Assembly (NCBI GenBank): GCA_963837465.1
Contig: CAWINB010000001.1
Coordinates: forward strand, 565,646-629,645
Reading direction: 5' to 3'
Source of the DNA: Candidatus Doudnabacteria bacterium
GTDB taxonomy: Bacteria; Patescibacteriota; Doudnabacteria; UBA920
Length of the DNA stretch: 64,000 bases
Positions 28,134 to 38,022 of the stretch are shown here, piece after piece. The position numbers and the translations under genes are program-made. How positions within the stretch are numbered: position 1 is the stretch's first letter; every line of letters begins with the position of its first letter. Below the pieces are notes generated by a model. That model did not search any database and was not told the DNA's origin. It was given only the letters and a program-made list of their open reading frames with translations.

Positions 28134-28919
28134 ATGGCACATATGACCAATCAGGATTATCTTAAAGTCGCGGTGGCCGCGGCCAATCAATCGGCAAAAC
28201 TTTTTAAAACAAACTTTGGGAACGCGGGACTCGTTGAGTTAAAAAATAATAACCCGGGGGACTTGGTTACCAACGTTGACAAAAAAATTGAGAAATTAAT
28301 AAGAAGCATTGTTAAAAAAAATTTTCCGGCCCATAAAATAATTGGCGAAGAGTTTGAAAAAGACATTGTAGATAAAAATGATTTCGTCTGGGTAATTGAC
28401 CCCATAGACGGAACGACTAATTATGTTTACGGAATTCCTTTCTGCTGTATATCCATAGGGCTTTGGGACAATAAAGGGCCATTGGTTGCGGTAGTAAATA
28501 ATCCGATTTTAAAACAAGTCTACACCGCGGTAAGGGGTCAGGGAATAAAGCTTAACGGCAAAAAAACACAAGTCGGCAACGGAGCAACAATTAAAACGGC
28601 AATAGGAACAGTGGGGTGGGGTAAAGTCAGAAATGAGGGGCAGATTATTTTTTCCGAACTTATAAAAGATTGTTTTAAAATACGGGTTTTTGCCAGCGGA
28701 ACATGGCAAATCTGCATGGTGGCATCGGGCAATTCAGATTTTTATGCCAGCATGCAGGAAAATGCCTGGGACTTTGGCGCCGCGGTTTTGATGGTAACTG
28801 AAGCCGGCGGAAAAGTCACCGACCTGAAAGGCCGTGATATAAATCTTAAAACCCGGAACCTTATAGCCAGCAACGGTAAAGTACACGACGAGTTGGTGGG
28901 AAGGCTTAAAAATCTTTAA
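28134..28919 (+). CDS. inositol monophosphatase family protein
   Basis: WVIDPIDGTTNY and WDFGAAVLMVTEAGG motifs. Confidence 0.85.
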   Translation: MAHMTNQDYLKVAVAAANQSAKLFKTNFGNAGLVELKNNNPGDLVTNVDKKIEKLIRSIVKKNFPAHKIIGEEFEKDIVDKNDFVWVIDPIDGTTNYVYGIPFCCISIGLWDNKGPLVAVVNNPILKQVYTAVRGQGIKLNGKKTQVGNGATIKTAIGTVGWGKVRNEGQIIFSELIKDCFKIRVFASGTWQICMVASGNSDFYASMQENAWDFGAAVLMVTEAGGKVTDLKGRDINLKTRNLIASNGKVHDELVGRLKNL

Positions 28920-28969
28920 AACTGTAGCTGCTCGATTTATCGAGCTTTGAGGCCTGATGAATCGAGCAA

Positions 28970-29995
28970 CTACACTCTTATCTTTTTTGCCAAATACTCC
29001 ACCAAATAAACCGTCTGCCGCACATAACCCCATTCGTTGTCGTACCAGGAGAGGATGTTGAACAGATGGTCGTTAACGGCCGAACTGGAATATAAATCCA
29101 CAATGGCGCCGTTGGGGTTGGCTTTAAAATCTATGGAGACTAAGGGCAGTGTGGAAATGGCCAGATGGTTTTTAAGTTCACCGCGCGCCGCTTTGGTAAA
29201 AGCGGCTTTTATTTTATCCATAGTAGCCGGTTTTTTAAGGTCAACGGTCAAAACAACAACAGATGGGTCGGCAACCGGGACGCGCAAAGCAAGAGCCGAA
29301 ACTTTTCCTTTCAGACGCGGGTACAAAGCCGTAATAGTTTTGGATACGCCGCTGGAGGTTGGGATAATGGATTGCGTGGCGCCGCGGGCGCGGCGTAAGT
29401 CCTGGTGCGAGCCGTCCAGCAACATTTGATCGCCGGTGAAAGCGTGCACGGTATTTATAAAAGCCTGCTTGATGCCAAATGTTTCTTCCAAGACTTTGAT
29501 GGTTAAAGTAGAGCAAACCGTGGTACAGGAACCGGCGGAAATAATTTTATGCTTTTTGGGGTCAAACTTTTTATGGTTGGCTCCAAAAACAAAAGTTTCG
29601 TCCGGATCCGACATAGGCGCGGTGCAGACCATAAATTTCGCGCCTTTTTCCAAATGCTTTAGGCCTTGCGCTTTTTTGGTGTAGCGGCCGGTGGCATCTA
29701 CAACAATATCTATGCCCATTTTTTCCCAGTGATTGTTGGTTTCGGCATTGGTGACAAAGGGAAATTTTTTACCTTCTATAATTAAGTTGTTGCCTTTTAC
29801 GCTGACTTCTTTATCCCAAACGCCGTAAGTGGAATCGTATTTTAGTAAATGCGCGTAGATTTCCAAACCGCTGCGGCTGTGCAAAGCCGCGATTTTAAAC
29901 TGCGGGTTATTCCAAGCCTGCCGCAAAAAAATCCGGCCAATCCTTCCAAGGCCGTTAATGGCAATGCGGGTTTTTGATGATGATTTTAACTTCAT
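28970..29995 (-). CDS. gap: glyceraldehyde-3-phosphate dehydrogenase
   Basis: NGLGRIGR NAD-binding motif, catalytic SCTT. Confidence 0.9.
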   Translation of the reverse strand: MKLKSSSKTRIAINGLGRIGRIFLRQAWNNPQFKIAALHSRSGLEIYAHLLKYDSTYGVWDKEVSVKGNNLIIEGKKFPFVTNAETNNHWEKMGIDIVVDATGRYTKKAQGLKHLEKGAKFMVCTAPMSDPDETFVFGANHKKFDPKKHKIISAGSCTTVCSTLTIKVLEETFGIKQAFINTVHAFTGDQMLLDGSHQDLRRARGATQSIIPTSSGVSKTITALYPRLKGKVSALALRVPVADPSVVVLTVDLKKPATMDKIKAAFTKAARGELKNHLAISTLPLVSIDFKANPNGAIVDLYSSSAVNDHLFNILSWYDNEWGYVRQTVYLVEYLAKKIRV

Positions 29996-30025
29996 TGTAA
30001 ATAGTTAATAATTTGGCGTTGAAAT

Positions 30026-30084
30026 GTAGTTAGCCCATTTATGGGCTGTTTTGTCTTAACAGCCGATAAATCGGCTAACTACAC
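30026..30084. repeat. palindromic intergenic element, copy 2
   Basis: gtagttagcccatttatgggctg...aacagccgataaatcggctaactacac; about 30 bp upstream of gap start. Confidence 0.6.
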
Positions 30085-30921
30085 TTACTTGTTTATTTCT
30101 TTCATCGCCTGTTTATAAGCCGCGCTGTTGCTAATATCCAGCCACAAGCCTTGGTATGGATAGCCAAACAATCGGCCCTCTTCGGCCAGGCGGGGGAAAA
30201 TATCACTTTCCAGTTTATTTGCCTTGGGGCTTACAAAACTAAAAAACTCGGGCTCAATTACGTAAATGCCGGCGTTAATCAGGCGGGAAAAAGTTTTGGG
30301 ATTTTGGGGTTTTTCTTCAAAGGCCACAATGCGGTTACCCTGAAGTTTGGCCACGCCCCACATGGAAACCGTATCAACCGAGGCTAAAGCCATGGTGCAG
30401 GCAGCCGCTTTTTGCGAGCGGTGAAATTCCACAAAATCTCCATAGTCGATGTCGGAAAGCACATCACCATAAATAAGCAAAAAGCTATGCCGGAAATATT
30501 CCTTAACCTGCAAAACCGGCTGGGCGTTGCCCTGGTTGGTTTTGGACTGATGGATGTAAGTTATGCTCATACCCATTTGTCCGCCGTCACCGAAATATTC
30601 TTCTATAATATTTCCGCCCTTGCCGAGCGAAATACAAACGTCGGTTAACTTGGCGGCTTTAAGCCTCTGCAAAGTCTGTTCCAAAAGCGGCTTGCCGGCA
30701 ATTTTAACCATAGCCTTGGGCAAAGCTTTTTTCTCGCTGTCAAAATACACGGGCTCCCCACCCGCCAAAATTAAAACCTTAACCGCCTTAAGCCCCAACG
30801 ACCGCGACAAAAAATATTCTATGGCGTGACTCCTGTTCCTCAACCTATCGCCATCAATCTCCCCATCCAAAGCTTTTACAAGATCACTCCTTAATGTAAT
30901 TGTAAGTCGTTCGCGGTTCAT
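30085..30921 (-). CDS. sugar-phosphate nucleotidyltransferase with N-terminal ribbon-helix-helix-like extension
   Basis: LILAGGEPVYFDSEKKALPKAMVKIAGKPLL NTP-transferase motif; first about 45 aa (LTITLRSDLVKALD) resemble CopG/RHH fold. Confidence 0.7.
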   Translation of the reverse strand: MNRERLTITLRSDLVKALDGEIDGDRLRNRSHAIEYFLSRSLGLKAVKVLILAGGEPVYFDSEKKALPKAMVKIAGKPLLEQTLQRLKAAKLTDVCISLGKGGNIIEEYFGDGGQMGMSITYIHQSKTNQGNAQPVLQVKEYFRHSFLLIYGDVLSDIDYGDFVEFHRSQKAAACTMALASVDTVSMWGVAKLQGNRIVAFEEKPQNPKTFSRLINAGIYVIEPEFFSFVSPKANKLESDIFPRLAEEGRLFGYPYQGLWLDISNSAAYKQAMKEINK

Positions 30922-31025
30922 AAGACTACAGAATTACTAACAATACTAATCTACAGAAAACTACAGAACCTGTTCAACCTATTAGTTTCTGTAGGCTTCT
31001 GTAGTGCAATATTGTTCCATTTCTG
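30913..31025. repeat. direct repeat L (ctacagaa x3 then ttctgtag x3)
   Basis: about 80 percent identical to 32783-32870 in the same orientation. Confidence 0.55.
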
Positions 31026-31146
31026 TAGTATGATAATATCATACACTTCAAAAATTTCAAAATTTTAAAAACTGGTGGGCGGAGACAAACCAGATGGATT
31101 TTCAAAATTATCCACTGTCTGTCGCCGCCCATCGCGTGCAAGAGAA

Positions 31147-32250
31147 CTAACCTGCTGTCAAAACCTCAGTAAGTTGGCTGCAGGCGGTGCGTGTTTCCGC
31201 TTCCGAAACACGCAAGCACCAACGGATATGTTGTCCGCAACCCCCATACAGCAAGTCATCACGGAGGATGATGCCACATTTGTAAAGTTCGGCAACGAGA
31301 CGAACCGAGCCGCCATAGTAGTTGTCGACCGGAAACCACCCAAACATCCCACCTTCCGGCATAAGCGCGTTTTTCAGGCCAGCTTCACGCACAAGATTTG
31401 TAGTCAACTCAGCCTGAATGCGATAGTGTTTACGTACACGAATAACATCAGCCCGGCACTCACGCAGCGCTGTCGCTGTTGCCAACTGACCTGGAATGGA
31501 GCCACCTTCAGAATAAATAGACTTAGCCCTGGTGAGAATAGCAATCCGGTCTTGACGCCCCACTGCGAAGCCAACTTTCCAGCTCGCAGCGGAGAACATC
31601 TTTGAAGCAGTCCCAAACCACAATGCAACATCCAGTGCTTTCGGTACTGCAAGAACGCATGGGACATAGCCTTGTTCGTAGTCAAGCGCGCCGTATGCAT
31701 AGTCATCCAAAATCAGAAACCCATACTTGTGAGCAAGCGCAACCAGCCGCTCATAGACGGCCTTCTGACAGCTTATGCCGGTTGGGTTGCTCACAAAGCA
31801 AGTGATTACCGCCTTGGGCTTCCAACCAGAACGGAGCCGTTCCTCAATACCATCGACGTAAGCCGAAGCACTTGGCATCGGCACGAACACAGGCTGCAGT
31901 AGAAACTTCACCGCTGCGTCCCTGTGACCGTTATAAAAACGAGATGGCATAATAACCTCATCGCCGGGATGGAACAGCGCTTCAAAAGCACTGACCAATA
32001 AGAGCCTCGATCCTTCGGCAAAGGTTACATTCCCACAAGATTCCGGGGTTCCGTTATAGTCTTTGCCCGGGTTGAGACCCTCAACACCGAAAACATCTTG
32101 TTGCCAGAAACAAACTGCTTCTCGTGCTTCTTGTACACCGTTTGACGTTGCGTAACCTAACCCTCCAGGGCGCAGCATTTCTTGGTAAAATCTTTCTATT
32201 GCTCTTTGGGGTGCAGCTTGCACCGGAGAGCCCAGTCCTAAGTTGATCAA
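31147..32250 (-). CDS. PLP-dependent aminotransferase class I/II, GC-rich (probably horizontally acquired)
   Basis: SKMFSAASWKVGF lysine motif; GC content far above flanks. Confidence 0.8.
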   Translation of the reverse strand: MINLGLGSPVQAAPQRAIERFYQEMLRPGGLGYATSNGVQEAREAVCFWQQDVFGVEGLNPGKDYNGTPESCGNVTFAEGSRLLLVSAFEALFHPGDEVIMPSRFYNGHRDAAVKFLLQPVFVPMPSASAYVDGIEERLRSGWKPKAVITCFVSNPTGISCQKAVYERLVALAHKYGFLILDDYAYGALDYEQGYVPCVLAVPKALDVALWFGTASKMFSAASWKVGFAVGRQDRIAILTRAKSIYSEGGSIPGQLATATALRECRADVIRVRKHYRIQAELTTNLVREAGLKNALMPEGGMFGWFPVDNYYGGSVRLVAELYKCGIILRDDLLYGGCGQHIRWCLRVSEAETRTACSQLTEVLTAG

Positions 32251-32782
32251 ATTTTTCTCCCTTGTACAATATATATATACACCCTCCTCTTGGATTATGG
32301 GTGTTCTGTAACTGGTTGCTCAAAAGCATTGCGATTATTCAGCGACAGATAAAACTAACTTTTTTAAAGTTAGTTTTATCTGGTGCCGATGGGTATTTAT
32401 TTTTTCTAGTGGCAAGGGCGGGGGCGAAAACTTTATGTTTCCGCCTCCCGCCTCGCCACCAGGAATAGTGTAAATAAAAAGCAGGTGGCGGAGTCCCAAG
32501 TTTTTAGGCTTTGGGCCCCACATCTGCTTTTATTTTTGTGTTTGTTTTTCGTCATTGCCAGTAGCACCCGACTTGTCCGCCGTAGCTTTAGCAAAGGTGG
32601 AAGCAATCTGATCGATTTTTAAGATTGCTTCGTCGGCTGCACTCCTCGCAATGACACGTATTTCTTTCTTTTCATATATTATCATATACTATCATACAAA
32701 TCATTGTCAAACAACAATATCCCTTTTAAATAAAAGGGGTGTCAGTATTATATCCACACACTACAATAGGGAACTGGAATGC

Positions 32783-32870
32783 CTACAGAACCTAAAAACC
32801 ATAGCAACCTATTAAATAATAGCTTCTGTAGTTTTCTGTAGTGTAATTTGTTTCTATTTCTGTAGTATTG
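32783..32870. repeat. direct repeat R (ctacagaa then ttctgtag x3)
   Basis: homologous to 30950-31022; overlaps stop of 32854..33594. Confidence 0.55.
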
Positions 32871-33594
32871 TTTCCGCCAGCTTTAAATCTTCTTTACTGT
32901 TTACACCTATCACCTCCTTGGGATCAATATGGGTAGATGAGATTTTTTCTCCCCGCGCAATGGCAATTTCCACTATATCGGTTAAGTAGTATTCGGCCTG
33001 CTCGTTTTTGTTTTTTATTTTTTCCGCTTGCTGCCACAGCCATGCCGCGTTAAACATATAAATGCCGGGGTTGAGTTCTTTTATTTTCTTTTGGCCGGCG
33101 CTGGCGTCTTTGTATTCCACAATTTTGACCAGTTTTTTATTGGCATCGCGAATTATCCTGCCGTAGTATTCCAAAGGCTTGTTTAGGCCTTTAAAATTAT
33201 CAACGACTGTTGTAAACATGCTTATGTTGGACTGCTTTTTATGATGCAGCTCCATAAGCTTTTTTAAGCCTTCCGCTTTTATAAATGGATGGTCCCCATA
33301 AAGCACCAAAATATTTTTACCAATAGCTTTGTGTTTGGCGGCCAGCAAAGCGTGGGCGGTGCCCAACTGCTTGTCCTGGATGGCGTAAATATAATTATTG
33401 CCAAGCACCGCTTTAACTTTGTCCGCCATATAACCGACAACAATAATCGGCTTGGCCAGTTGGTTTATTTTTTCCACTTCTTCCAGCAAATACAAAATCA
33501 GCGGTTTGTTGTTCAACATTACCAAAACCTTGGGCACACTGCCGCCCATCCTTGTACCTTTGCCTGCCGCCAGTATGACTATCTGATTTCTCAT
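32854..33594 (-). CDS. nucleotidyltransferase (GlmU N-terminal domain-like)
   Basis: LAAGKGTRM motif. Confidence 0.8.
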   Translation of the reverse strand: MRNQIVILAAGKGTRMGGSVPKVLVMLNNKPLILYLLEEVEKINQLAKPIIVVGYMADKVKAVLGNNYIYAIQDKQLGTAHALLAAKHKAIGKNILVLYGDHPFIKAEGLKKLMELHHKKQSNISMFTTVVDNFKGLNKPLEYYGRIIRDANKKLVKIVEYKDASAGQKKIKELNPGIYMFNAAWLWQQAEKIKNKNEQAEYYLTDIVEIAIARGEKISSTHIDPKEVIGVNSKEDLKLAETILQK

Positions 33595-33595
33595 A

Positions 33596-33928
33596 TTAAA
33601 AATCTATCCGAAACTCAAACCCGTGCTTTTTAAAACCCAGACGCTCATAAAACCCGTGGACTTTTTCGTTTGATTGCCTGCTAGTGCATATAATTTTATA
33701 ACAGCCCTGCTCCCTGGCTTCTTCTATGGCTTTTTGAATCAGTTGGGAACCGAACCCCTGTTTTCTGTAAGTTTCTTCCACAAAAACATCCTCCAAAAAG
33801 GCAAAAGGCTCTTCGTGCAAGTCATTTTTCAAAATATACAAATACGCCCTGCCAACGGTTTTGCCCTGGTCTTCGGCCGTAAACTTTAAAGCATATCCCT
33901 CGTAAACTGAAGTTTTTTTAATTTCCAT
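33596..33928 (-). CDS. GNAT family N-acetyltransferase
   Basis: acetyl-CoA binding motif RKQGFGSQLIQ. Confidence 0.85.
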   Translation of the reverse strand: MEIKKTSVYEGYALKFTAEDQGKTVGRAYLYILKNDLHEEPFAFLEDVFVEETYRKQGFGSQLIQKAIEEAREQGCYKIICTSRQSNEKVHGFYERLGFKKHGFEFRIDF

Positions 33929-33941
33929 ATTAAGATGAGTT

Positions 33942-34913
33942 CTAAACCAACTCCCAAATTAATTTAGCCAATTTATCCGAATCGTGCCTCAAAAAGCTGC
34001 GCTTAAGTTTGTCTCCGGAAGTCTTTTTCACAATATCTTTTGAGGTCAAATCCCCAGTAAATATCTTTAAATCCTTACCATCCTTTAAGTCAGGTTCAAC
34101 AAACAAGGCCTTTTCCGCGGCGTATTTTTTTAAAACTTCAGGTGAAGGCTTTTTATTATTTTCCAAAACCACGTCGATTTTTCCCCCAAGATACTTTTCC
34201 AACTCGCGGACAAAATCAGATGCCTTAAAGCCATCTGTCTGGCCGTGCTTAGTCATTATATTGCTGATTAAAACTTTTTTTGCCTTGGATTTATTCAGCG
34301 CTTCGGCAACACCCTTAACCAAAAGGTTCGGGATGGTGCTGGTAAACAAGTCTCCTGGCCCAAAAATAATTACATCCGCCGATTGTATGGCAGTAATGGC
34401 TTTAGGATTCGCGGGCCCATTTGGCTTTAACCGCAGTGATTTGATATTTGGAATTTGTAATTTGACATTTGGCTGGTCTATATTATGCTCCCCTAAAATC
34501 TTTTTTCCGTTTTCCAAAACCGCCGACAAGAATGTGGGCTTTAATGTAACGGGTAAAACCTGGCCGCGGACGTTGAGCATTTTGGAAGCAAGATTAATGG
34601 CGTCATCAACATTGCCGGTAATTTTTTCCAACGCGGCGATAATAATATTGCCGACGCTGTGGCCTTTTAAGCTTCCGGCATCAAACCTAAAATTAAACAA
34701 CTGCTTCATTTCTTCCTGGGTATAAGAAAGCCCGACCAAACACTGGCGAATATCCCCAGGCGGCATCACGCCCAGCTCTTTTCTCAAAATCCCGGTTGAG
34801 CCGCCGTCGTCGGCCGATGACACAATAACAGTGTTATTGGATGGATATTTCCTAAGACCCGATAGAAGTGTGAATGTTCCGGTTCCCCCGCCGATGATAA
34901 CAATATTTTTCAT
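33942..34913 (-). CDS. YvcK/CofD-like (UPF0052) gluconeogenesis factor family protein
   Basis: IVIIGGGTG ... SSADDGGSTG motifs. Confidence 0.85.
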   Translation of the reverse strand: MKNIVIIGGGTGTFTLLSGLRKYPSNNTVIVSSADDGGSTGILRKELGVMPPGDIRQCLVGLSYTQEEMKQLFNFRFDAGSLKGHSVGNIIIAALEKITGNVDDAINLASKMLNVRGQVLPVTLKPTFLSAVLENGKKILGEHNIDQPNVKLQIPNIKSLRLKPNGPANPKAITAIQSADVIIFGPGDLFTSTIPNLLVKGVAEALNKSKAKKVLISNIMTKHGQTDGFKASDFVRELEKYLGGKIDVVLENNKKPSPEVLKKYAAEKALFVEPDLKDGKDLKIFTGDLTSKDIVKKTSGDKLKRSFLRHDSDKLAKLIWELV

Positions 34914-34921
34914 ACGAATTA

Positions 34922-35204
34922 TTATTCTAAATAATTAGATGGCGTTCCATTTTCTAAATCTTTTACAATATATCTATCTCCTTTTGGATTCTCAGGCGTA
35001 TGATCCGCTAAGTGTTCATTTGGACAACAAAAGACAAAATCGCTCTGGCCACCCTTAATCGCTCTCCAAGTATGGACACGACCTTCATCAAGCCTAAACT
35101 CAGTATTCGGAAACACCTCTTAATTCTTTAAAAACTATTTCTGAAAAGGCATTAAGCTCGGGCCTTTCCGGTGTTTTGAGCATATTAATTTTTTCTTCAG
35201 TCAT
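34922..35204 (-). CDS. hypothetical small protein in two overlapping frames (ATG at 35204 then GTG-initiated 34922..35116)
   Basis: 33-aa frame MTEEKINMLK... ends inside start of 64-aa frame; frameshift or two tiny genes. Confidence 0.25.
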
Positions 35205-35218
35205 ATGCTTTAATTTAA

Positions 35219-36451
35219 TTATTTTAAAACTCCCATCTCTTTACCAACTTCCTCAAACGCCTTTACCGCTTTACACATCTGTTCTTTGGTATGCGCCGCG
35301 GAAATTTGGACGCGGATACGGGCTTTGCCTTTGGGGACTACCGGGTAGGTGAAACCGCGGACGTAAATTCCTTTTTCAGATAAAGCGCTAGCCATATCGG
35401 ACGCCAACTTTTCCTCTCCCAGCATAACCGGAGTTATGGGATGTTTCCCGTCGCCGCCTAAAGTAAAGCCTAATTTTTCCATTGCCGAACGAAAGTATGA
35501 GGTATTGGCTTCCAAAGTTTCCCGATTGTTTATAAATTTTTCATCGTAATTTTGTAAAACATACAGCGCGGCGTTTGCAATTGCGGGAGGCAAGGAATTG
35601 GAGAACAAAGTCGTGCGGCTGCGCTGGTGCAGCACCTGGATAATTTCTTTGCGCCCAGCGGTAAACCCGCCGCCGGCGCCTCCCAGCGCTTTGCCGAAAG
35701 TAGAGGTTAGGATGTCGATACGATCAACTACACCGGCTTGCTCAATACTGCCCCGGCCGGTCTTGCCCAATACCCCGCTGGCGTGGCTGTCATCCACCAT
35801 AACCAATGCGCCATATTTATCGGCCAAATCGCAAATTTCTTTTAACTTTGCCGTAATGCCATCCATAGAAAATACACCATCAGTAGCAATCAACAATCGT
35901 GGAGCCCTTCCGTGTTCATCCGTTTCTTTATCCGTGTTCATCCGTGAACTAAATTCTTTTAACTTGTCCTCCAAATCCCCCATATCCGAATTCTTAAACC
36001 TAAACCTTTCTGCCTTGCACAACCTTATTCCGTCGATGATAGAGGCGTGGTTAAGCTCGTCGCTAAATATCGCATCCCCTTCCTTTGAAATAGTCTCAAA
36101 CAAACCCGTATTGGCGTCAAAGCAGGATGTATAGGTAATAGAATCTTCCTGCCCAAAAAACTTGGCAATTTCCTTTTCCAAATCTTTATGGATGGTGGAC
36201 GTACCGACGATAAACCTTACTGATGCCTCGCCAAAACCATATGTATCAATTCCCTCTTTGGCAGCCTTAGCCAATTCATCCGATGACGCCAAACCCAGAT
36301 AGTTATTGGCGCAAAAGTTTAAAAGATTTTTCCCGTTGGCAACAATCTTTGTTCCTTGCTTAGTCTCCAAAACGCCTTCTTCCTTCCAGGTCCCGGCCGT
36401 TTTTATTTCCTTAAGTTCGTCTTCAAATTGTTGTTTGTATGCTTTATACAT
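35219..36451 (-). CDS. kbl: 2-amino-3-ketobutyrate CoA ligase (glycine C-acetyltransferase)
   Basis: class II aminotransferase fold, PLP lysine in TFGKALGG context; sits next to tdh. Confidence 0.9.
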   Translation of the reverse strand: MYKAYKQQFEDELKEIKTAGTWKEEGVLETKQGTKIVANGKNLLNFCANNYLGLASSDELAKAAKEGIDTYGFGEASVRFIVGTSTIHKDLEKEIAKFFGQEDSITYTSCFDANTGLFETISKEGDAIFSDELNHASIIDGIRLCKAERFRFKNSDMGDLEDKLKEFSSRMNTDKETDEHGRAPRLLIATDGVFSMDGITAKLKEICDLADKYGALVMVDDSHASGVLGKTGRGSIEQAGVVDRIDILTSTFGKALGGAGGGFTAGRKEIIQVLHQRSRTTLFSNSLPPAIANAALYVLQNYDEKFINNRETLEANTSYFRSAMEKLGFTLGGDGKHPITPVMLGEEKLASDMASALSEKGIYVRGFTYPVVPKGKARIRVQISAAHTKEQMCKAVKAFEEVGKEMGVLK

Positions 36452-36481
36452 AATACTTGATGCTTAATACTCGAACCTATT

Positions 36482-37816
36482 TTAAAATTGTATTAAAAAT
36501 TTAGGATGCCTGGACATCATCTCCTCAAACCTGTCTTTAGTATACTCCGAAATCGGTAAAATTGTCTTATTCCCGCGGTCCAGGATTATGTTAAACAATT
36601 TTTCCTGCACGCCGTTGCTTGTGTCTTCCATAAGCGCGCGGGTACGCTCCCAGGTTTTCCAAATTTGCCGGCCAATAACGGCGTGAAAGGTAAAACCATG
36701 GACAATCAAACGGTTATAGTCTTCAAAAACAAAGTCGCCGGTTTTAATGCCGAATAAAATTATTTCGCCGCCGCGCCTTGTCGCGTACAGGCAATTATTT
36801 ACCGATGAGTTAAAGCCGGCCATTTCAAAACTCACGTCCACGCCAACGCCGTTGGTGATTTTTTTGATTTCGTCTGTAACCGATTGATCGTGGGAATACG
36901 GTTTTACTGTCTGCTGGTTGCTGTCTGCTGGTTGCTTGAGTGGAATAACATAATCAATCCCCAGCTTCTTAGCCATATCCGCCGCAATAGGATTTGGCTC
37001 CACTCCAATAATTAGTTTTGCTCCAAGCCCCCGTAACACCAAAGTCAAAAACATCCCAATTGGCCCAAGCCCAAAAATTGCCACGGTTTTGTCTTTAAGA
37101 TCAATTTTGGAAGCCGCGTGCACCGCGTTGCCAAACGGCTCCTGCATTGCCGCGACTTCCGGCCTTATTTTATCCGTATCCGTTTTCCAAACAATGCGCG
37201 CCGGGACTTTGGCGTATTCGGCAAAACCGCCGTCGTGGGAAATTCCCAGGATTTTTTCGTTCATACAAACTTCTTTTTGCCCGCGCAAACAATTGTAACA
37301 TTTGTTGCAAACCACGTGACTTTCGCACGAAACAAAATCCCCAGGCTTAACATTTTTTACGTTAGACCCGACTTTAACAATCTCGCCAAAAAATTCGTGG
37401 CCGATGATGCGATAGGATTTCTTATTAACTCCAACCCCCTCCCCCTGCTTTGCAGGGTACTCCCCCTTGCCAGGGTGAGAGGCTCCGCGGTTATCCGTGG
37501 ATACCTGCGGAGCATCCCCTCCTTTTAAAGGAGGGGTGGCCGCGCTAGCGGACGGGGTGGTTGGAGTACCCATTTCCGCGTCTATACTATTCAAAATCTG
37601 ATCCCTAAAAGCCTGCCGGTTCCAAATCCCCTTATCCGTCCCGCAAACCCCGGCATAATGGACTTTCATAATCACGTAATCGGCATCGGCCGGATTATTT
37701 TTTTCGTCGATGATGGGCTCGGCAACATCCACCAACTCAAACCCGCGCGATGTTTCCCAGTCTGTTTTTGATTTGTCGAAAATTAAGGCGCGCATAAATA
37801 CTACGGCTTTTGGCAT
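36482..37816 (-). CDS. tdh: L-threonine 3-dehydrogenase with about 90-aa in-frame low-complexity insertion
   Basis: zinc-ADH motifs VCGTDKGIW and GHEFFGEI; insertion TPTTPSASAATPPLKGGD... encoded by GC-rich palindrome-bearing DNA 37380-37620. Confidence 0.85.
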   Translation of the reverse strand: MPKAVVFMRALIFDKSKTDWETSRGFELVDVAEPIIDEKNNPADADYVIMKVHYAGVCGTDKGIWNRQAFRDQILNSIDAEMGTPTTPSASAATPPLKGGDAPQVSTDNRGASHPGKGEYPAKQGEGVGVNKKSYRIIGHEFFGEIVKVGSNVKNVKPGDFVSCESHVVCNKCYNCLRGQKEVCMNEKILGISHDGGFAEYAKVPARIVWKTDTDKIRPEVAAMQEPFGNAVHAASKIDLKDKTVAIFGLGPIGMFLTLVLRGLGAKLIIGVEPNPIAADMAKKLGIDYVIPLKQPADSNQQTVKPYSHDQSVTDEIKKITNGVGVDVSFEMAGFNSSVNNCLYATRRGGEIILFGIKTGDFVFEDYNRLIVHGFTFHAVIGRQIWKTWERTRALMEDTSNGVQEKLFNIILDRGNKTILPISEYTKDRFEEMMSRHPKFLIQF

Positions 37817-37818
37817 AT

Positions 37819-38022
37819 TTAAAATAAAAACTGCCGTCCCAAGGCAAGCCCCGAGAAAGCAGTGAGATTAACTAAAAATATAATAACAAACAACCAAAGG
37901 AATGTCAAGCCCAAAACCGGCTCAGGAGCATCTACCAACTCAAAACCCCGCGATGTTTCCCAATCCGTTTTTGATTTGTCGAATACTAATGCTTTCATAT
38001 TAGCGATTTTTCCTCTTGGCAA
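37819..38022 (-). pseudogene. duplicated 5' fragment of tdh
   Basis: MKALVFDKSKTDWETSRGFELVDAPEPV vs tdh MRALIFDKSKTDWETSRGFELVDVAEPI; DNA 37925-38000 about 85 percent identical to 37720-37800. Confidence 0.45.

Noticed and set aside
26726-28165. ORF 26726..28165 (+), 479 aa
   Set aside because: Antisense to the EndoQ-like gene, whose product aligns convincingly to a known family; the plus-strand product is S/P-rich low complexity.
30925-32875. ctacagaa/ttctgtag repeat blocks considered as a CRISPR array
   Set aside because: Units are 8 bp, irregularly spaced and present in both orientations. No cas genes. The pattern is two homologous about 100-bp direct repeats instead.
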